Part shown: in pieces, positions 60,098-64,000 of the stretch
Position numbering within the stretch: the first letter of the stretch is position 1
Layout of the letters: every line of letters begins with the position of its first letter
Assembly: GCA_023432465.1 (NCBI GenBank)
Contig: JAEYUO010000117.1
Location: forward strand, 25,239 to 89,238
Direction: 5' to 3'
Length of the DNA stretch: 64,000 nucleotides
From: Planctomycetota bacterium
Lineage (GTDB): Bacteria; Planctomycetota; Phycisphaerae; Phycisphaerales; UBA1924
The notes under the pieces: model-generated
The model's input: only the letters and a program-made list of their open reading frames with translations
Told to the model about the DNA's origin: nothing
Database searches by the model: none
Translations under genes and position numbers: made by a program

Positions 60098-61324
60098 ATG
60101 CCCAGCTATCGCTACCAGGTCCGTACGGCCGCAGGCGAACTCCAGGTCGGGGTACTTGCGTCGGACAATGTCGCGACGGCCGCCGCCGTCCTGCGGAATC
60201 AGGGCCACCGCGTCGTCAGCGTCAGCCCCGTCGCGACGACGGCAAACTCCGGCAGCCTGCTGGAGAAGTTCAGCGAGCTGAACGCGGGTCGACCGAAGCA
60301 GCGTCACGTGCTCGACTTCACCACGCAGCTGGCGGTCATGGTGCGAGCGGGCATCAACCTTCGCGCCGCGCTCGATGGCATCGCCGAACAGACCGACCAC
60401 CCCCGCTTCAAAAAGATCATCCTCGGCGTCAAGACGGATGTCGAGGCGGGCAAGCAGTTCTCCGAGGCGCTGGCGCGACACCCCAAGCTCTTCGGACCGC
60501 TCTACATCAACATGGTGCGGGCGTCGGAGATGTCGGGCTCGTTTGCCAAGATGCTTGATCGAATCGCCGGCTACATCGGCCAGGAGATCGAGACCCGCAA
60601 GATGGTCGTGGGCGCCTCGATCTACCCCGGCGTGATCGGCACGATGGCCGTCGCCGTCACGATCTTCCTGCTGACATTCGTGCTTCCCAAGTTCGCGATG
60701 GTGTTCAAGGGCAAGGAGGATGTCCTTCCCTGGGCGACCAAGTTCCTGATGTCCCTCTCGGACTTCATGGTCGCGAACTGGTACTTTGTCATCGGCGGCC
60801 TCATCGCCATGGTGGGCTCGCTGTTCGCGCTGAACAAGACCGAGGTCGGCGGGTTCTTCTTCGATCGCCTCCGGCTCTCGATCCCCGTCGTCAAGTCCAT
60901 GTTCCGCGCGCTGTACATCAGCCGGTCGCTCCAGACCATGGGCCAGTTGATCAACGCCGGTGTGCCGATGCTCGACACGCTCGCCATCACCGGCGATGTC
61001 TCGGGCAACCGGCTCTACAAGGGCATGTGGCGATCCGTGTACACCAGCGTCAAGCAGGGTCGCAAGATCGCGGCCCCGATGTCCAAGACCACGCTGCTGC
61101 CGCAGGCGGTCGTGCAGATGATCTCCGCGGGCGAGGAGTCCGGTAAGCTGGGCGAAGTGCTCGACGAGATCTCGTCGTACTACGCCAGGCTGTTGAAGGA
61201 ACGCATCAAGGCCGTGACCTCGATGATCGAGCCCATCATGATCATCCTTATGGGCTCTGTGGTTGGGTTTATCGCGATGGCGATCATCCTGCCCATCTTC
61301 AAGATGTCCTCGATCGTCAAGTAA
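60098..61324 (+). CDS. pilC: Type II secretion / type IV pilus platform protein (GspF/PilC family)
   Basis: Two GspF repeats are present ('FTTQLAVMVRAGINLRAALD', 'ISRSLQTMGQLINAGVPMLDTL'). The C-terminal TM region reads 'EPIMIILMGSVVGFIAMAIILPIF'. The likely start is ATG 60098. Confidence 0.85.
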   Translation: MPSYRYQVRTAAGELQVGVLASDNVATAAAVLRNQGHRVVSVSPVATTANSGSLLEKFSELNAGRPKQRHVLDFTTQLAVMVRAGINLRAALDGIAEQTDHPRFKKIILGVKTDVEAGKQFSEALARHPKLFGPLYINMVRASEMSGSFAKMLDRIAGYIGQEIETRKMVVGASIYPGVIGTMAVAVTIFLLTFVLPKFAMVFKGKEDVLPWATKFLMSLSDFMVANWYFVIGGLIAMVGSLFALNKTEVGGFFFDRLRLSIPVVKSMFRALYISRSLQTMGQLINAGVPMLDTLAITGDVSGNRLYKGMWRSVYTSVKQGRKIAAPMSKTTLLPQAVVQMISAGEESGKLGEVLDEISSYYARLLKERIKAVTSMIEPIMIILMGSVVGFIAMAIILPIFKMSSIVK

Positions 61325-61397
61325 CCCGTTCCGGGTGCCGAAACTCCCAGTACCGCATGGGCTGACGGAGGCGGACGATCGTTCGCGAGGATGTGCA

Positions 61398-62117
61398 ATG
61401 GCCAACCGGCAACCAGTCCGACACACCCCGTGCCCCAACCGTCGTCAGTCGAGGCGGCTGGAACGCGGGTTCACGCTGATCGAGACCTCGCTCGCGCTGA
61501 TCATCATCGCCGTCGGGGTGCTCGCGCTCATCGAGGCCCAGACGGCCTTCATCCGGTCAAACAACTGGTCCAGCCACGCCGCGACTGCCAACTACCTCGC
61601 CAACGAGGTCCGGGAGTTGATGCGCAAACTGCCCAAGCACGACCCGGTCACCGGGCTGTACTTCCAGAACGGCGCGGAGGGGGCCGAGCTGCGCGGCTGG
61701 GGTCCGGATGGCGGCGAGCTGGGGGTGGAAGACTTCGACGACATCGACGACTTCGATGGGATGTCGCTGGCATTCAACGGCACCGCCGCGCTCGACAACG
61801 GGGACCTCCCGGGGCCGATCGACGCCTTCGGCGCGGTGATCCCGGAGATCGGCAACGACGGCGCGATCGTGCTCGGCGCGAACGGCCAGGTGCTCCCGCT
61901 GCGCGGCTGGTCTCAGAGGGTCCGGGTCGTGAAGGTGAACCCCTTTGACCCGAGTGTCGAGTATCCGGCGGAGCAGGTGCTCGCGACCCAGGCCAACGGC
62001 TTCAGCGGGCTTGAGGTGGATCAGTTTCCGCTGAAGGTCAGCGTCGATGTCTTCTTCAGGGGTGTGTACGACACCGAGGATCAGCTTGTGACGACCGTCA
62101 CGTGGATCGTGCCCTGA
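61398..62117 (+). CDS. Pseudopilin / prepilin-type N-terminal cleavage-methylation domain protein
   Basis: Uses internal ATG 61398 of ORF 61263..62117. The prepilin signal 'RGFTLIETSLALIIIAVGVLALIE' is present. Confidence 0.7.
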   Translation: MANRQPVRHTPCPNRRQSRRLERGFTLIETSLALIIIAVGVLALIEAQTAFIRSNNWSSHAATANYLANEVRELMRKLPKHDPVTGLYFQNGAEGAELRGWGPDGGELGVEDFDDIDDFDGMSLAFNGTAALDNGDLPGPIDAFGAVIPEIGNDGAIVLGANGQVLPLRGWSQRVRVVKVNPFDPSVEYPAEQVLATQANGFSGLEVDQFPLKVSVDVFFRGVYDTEDQLVTTVTWIVP

Positions 62118-62166
62118 CGCACGCCGTCCCGATCGGAATGTTGAGGGGCAAGGAAGGGCTGCATTG

Positions 62167-64000
62167 ATGAGGGCTCAGCTACGAACAGCAACTCGGCGGA
62201 GGCCGGTGACCAGCTCGCCGCTGGGGGCGCTTCGATCTCGCCGCGGCATCGCCTCGGTGCTCGCGATGATGTTCCTGGTCATGTTCAGTTCTCTCGCCGT
62301 CGCGATGGCCGTGGCGAGCCAGGGCAATCTCCGCACCGCCAGCACGCACCTGCATGTGCTTCGCGCCATGGGCGCGGCCGAAACCGGCATGGCCGTCGCC
62401 GAGAGGCGTCTGACGGATGCCGTTGCGAGGTTCGTCATCGAGCGCGGCCGAGTGGATGAGAGTCTGGGCCGAAGGCTCTGGGATGGGTCATACGGCGCGG
62501 GTGACGGGATCGTGAACATCCGCCCCTCCGCCGACGGCCGGCCCGATGTCTCGCAGACGCGCAGCATCGCCGATGCTCTGGTCAACTCGCACATGACCGA
62601 TGCCAACCTCGTCACCGTGACGGGGTTCCCGTTCCAGGCGGACATCTTCACGCCCTCCGGCGACATCGATACCGACGAACTCGGCGCGGACAACTGGGTC
62701 CGAACCGGCCTGACCGGCATCGACGCGTCCGTGGCCGATGAGGGCGCAAAGCCGGCGGCGTATCAGATCACCTACATCCCGCTCGCAAACGGCACCGATG
62801 TGCGCGTCATCGTGACCGGGTACTCCTCGATCGGCACCACGGGCTCCACCTACGGCTATCGCGCCGCTGCCGGTTCGCAGCAGTCGCGCCCGGTCACACG
62901 CACCATCCAGCAGGACTACCGCATTGTCAAGCGGCCCGCGCACGCCATGCTGAGCCCCAGCCGGATCATGATCGGCAAGAACGTCATGATCAACGGCAAT
63001 CTGGGCGCTCGCTACGACGATGTCGATCAGAACAATGGCCATCCGATCACCATGAGGTCCGACTTCTTCGGGCTTGATCCCGCCCTGGATGCCCGCCTCG
63101 ATCGTCTGTTCCAGGCTCTGGCAGCGGGCGATGTCGATGGCGACAACCGCCTGCGGGTGGGTCACGCGGCCGAGAGCGCCGCCATCCCGAGCGGTTCCGA
63201 GGATCTCGACGGCGACGGCCAGCCCGACAACGCGTTCGATGATGTGACGAGCGACGGCTTTGTCGATGAGTTCGACGTCTTCATCAAGTTCTACGATGCC
63301 AACGGCGACGGCAAGGTCACTCTCTCGGCCGCCCTGACGGCGGGCACGCCGGCGCAAGGCAGCGCAAGCGAGTTCACGGGCGACGATGACCTTGCACTGC
63401 TCATGGACTCGGCCTATCCGGATCGCAATCGCAACGGTGTGTCGGGGTTCATTGACAGCAACAACAACGGCCGTTGGGATCCCGGCGAGACGATCCTCGA
63501 TGTCGATCCCCGCAACGGCAGCTTCGCCGATCGTGTGCTCGGTTGGCGCGACGGCGTGATCGATCGCAAGGACCAGTACGCCAAGCTCCGCGGCCGGCTG
63601 GTGTTCCGAAGCACCGAGTCCGCCTGGGCCGCGGCCAACGACGGCAGCTACGACGATCAGCTCCGTGGCCCGATGCGCCCGCTGAACCGTGGCGAGAGCG
63701 CCACCGAGTTTGGCGCGGATGACGACGAACTGCCCGCGATCACGGCGGACTCTTTCACCAACAGCGCAAACCCGCTGCGTGCCGCGGCGGATGGTCAGCC
63801 GTTTGCTTCACAAGTCGCCACGCAGCTGGGCATCGGGCCCGGCCAGCTCGCGACCTACACCGAGGCCAACACGGATGCCACCCAGCCTCGCTTCTGGCGC
63901 TCGGACCTCGACGATACGTACGTGTTCGGGCGCACGGGGCGGCACATCTACGAGAAGATGCCGTTCAACAGTCCCGCCTATGCCGACTACTACTACCGGC
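62167..64000 (+). CDS. Large PilX-N-like pilus/pseudopilus-associated protein with EF-hand-type Ca-binding loops (3' partial)
   Basis: This ORF is not in the track because it has no stop inside the window. My own translation from ATG 62167 is open to position 64000. The N-terminus 'RRGIASVLAMMFLVMFSSLAVAMAVASQGNL' is PilX_N-like. Downstream come 'DVDGDNRL', 'DLDGDGQPDNAFDD', 'DANGDGKVT' and 'DSNNNGRWDPGE'. Confidence 0.65.
   Translation, partial: MRAQLRTATRRRPVTSSPLGALRSRRGIASVLAMMFLVMFSSLAVAMAVASQGNLRTASTHLHVLRAMGAAETGMAVAERRLTDAVARFVIERGRVDESLGRRLWDGSYGAGDGIVNIRPSADGRPDVSQTRSIADALVNSHMTDANLVTVTGFPFQADIFTPSGDIDTDELGADNWVRTGLTGIDASVADEGAKPAAYQITYIPLANGTDVRVIVTGYSSIGTTGSTYGYRAAAGSQQSRPVTRTIQQDYRIVKRPAHAMLSPSRIMIGKNVMINGNLGARYDDVDQNNGHPITMRSDFFGLDPALDARLDRLFQALAAGDVDGDNRLRVGHAAESAAIPSGSEDLDGDGQPDNAFDDVTSDGFVDEFDVFIKFYDANGDGKVTLSAALTAGTPAQGSASEFTGDDDLALLMDSAYPDRNRNGVSGFIDSNNNGRWDPGETILDVDPRNGSFADRVLGWRDGVIDRKDQYAKLRGRLVFRSTESAWAAANDGSYDDQLRGPMRPLNRGESATEFGADDDELPAITADSFTNSANPLRAAADGQPFASQVATQLGIGPGQLATYTEANTDATQPRFWRSDLDDTYVFGRTGRHIYEKMPFNSPAYADYYYR

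Overview
High-GC (~65%) bacterial chromosome segment. Gene content suggests Planctomycetota, possibly Phycisphaerae-like: fused ccoNO, DUF1080/PA14 giant proteins, a TPR-tailed Ser/Thr kinase and a GC-dockerin-like C-terminus. That assignment is inference only. The window is mostly housekeeping and respiratory genes. Left to right: flagellin (5' partial), xerD, a futalosine-pathway radical SAM enzyme, efp, aroK-trpF-rhomboid, gltA, rpsU, two tandem membrane pyrophosphatases, and a znuABC operon. Then come one tRNA, a PA14/beta-propeller/DUF1080 giant protein, and a complete cbb3 oxidase cluster (ccoNO-Q-P-G-fixH-DsbD_2-ccoI-ccoS) with a divergent Rrf2 regulator. Next are a Ser/Thr kinase, an FHA-GAF-PP2C phosphatase, a 1134-aa secreted beta-propeller/di-haem protein, moxR, gdh, rpsA, gyrA, a PurS-PurS-PurL fusion and rnhA. 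The window ends with a pilT-pilC-pseudopilin-PilX-like cluster that runs off the right edge. I saw no CRISPR array, IS element, prophage block or recognisable defence system. Many long ORFs in the track are antisense shadows typical of high-GC DNA and were rejected. The items most worth a second look are: (1) a class-II-shaped tRNA with a Cys (GCA) anticodon; (2) two very long, divergent tandem mPPases with opposite K+-switch signatures, one carrying a ~145-aa loop insertion; (3) a 445-nt convergent spacer holding a 14-nt copy of the 16S rRNA 3' tail, which reads as a perfect extended Shine-Dalgarno on the other strand; (4) a 27-aa hydrophobic mini-ORF with a strong RBS; (5) a kinase/phosphatase/secreted-haem-protein module. 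All calls come from reading the sequence and translations by eye. No searches were run, and most start codons are approximate.
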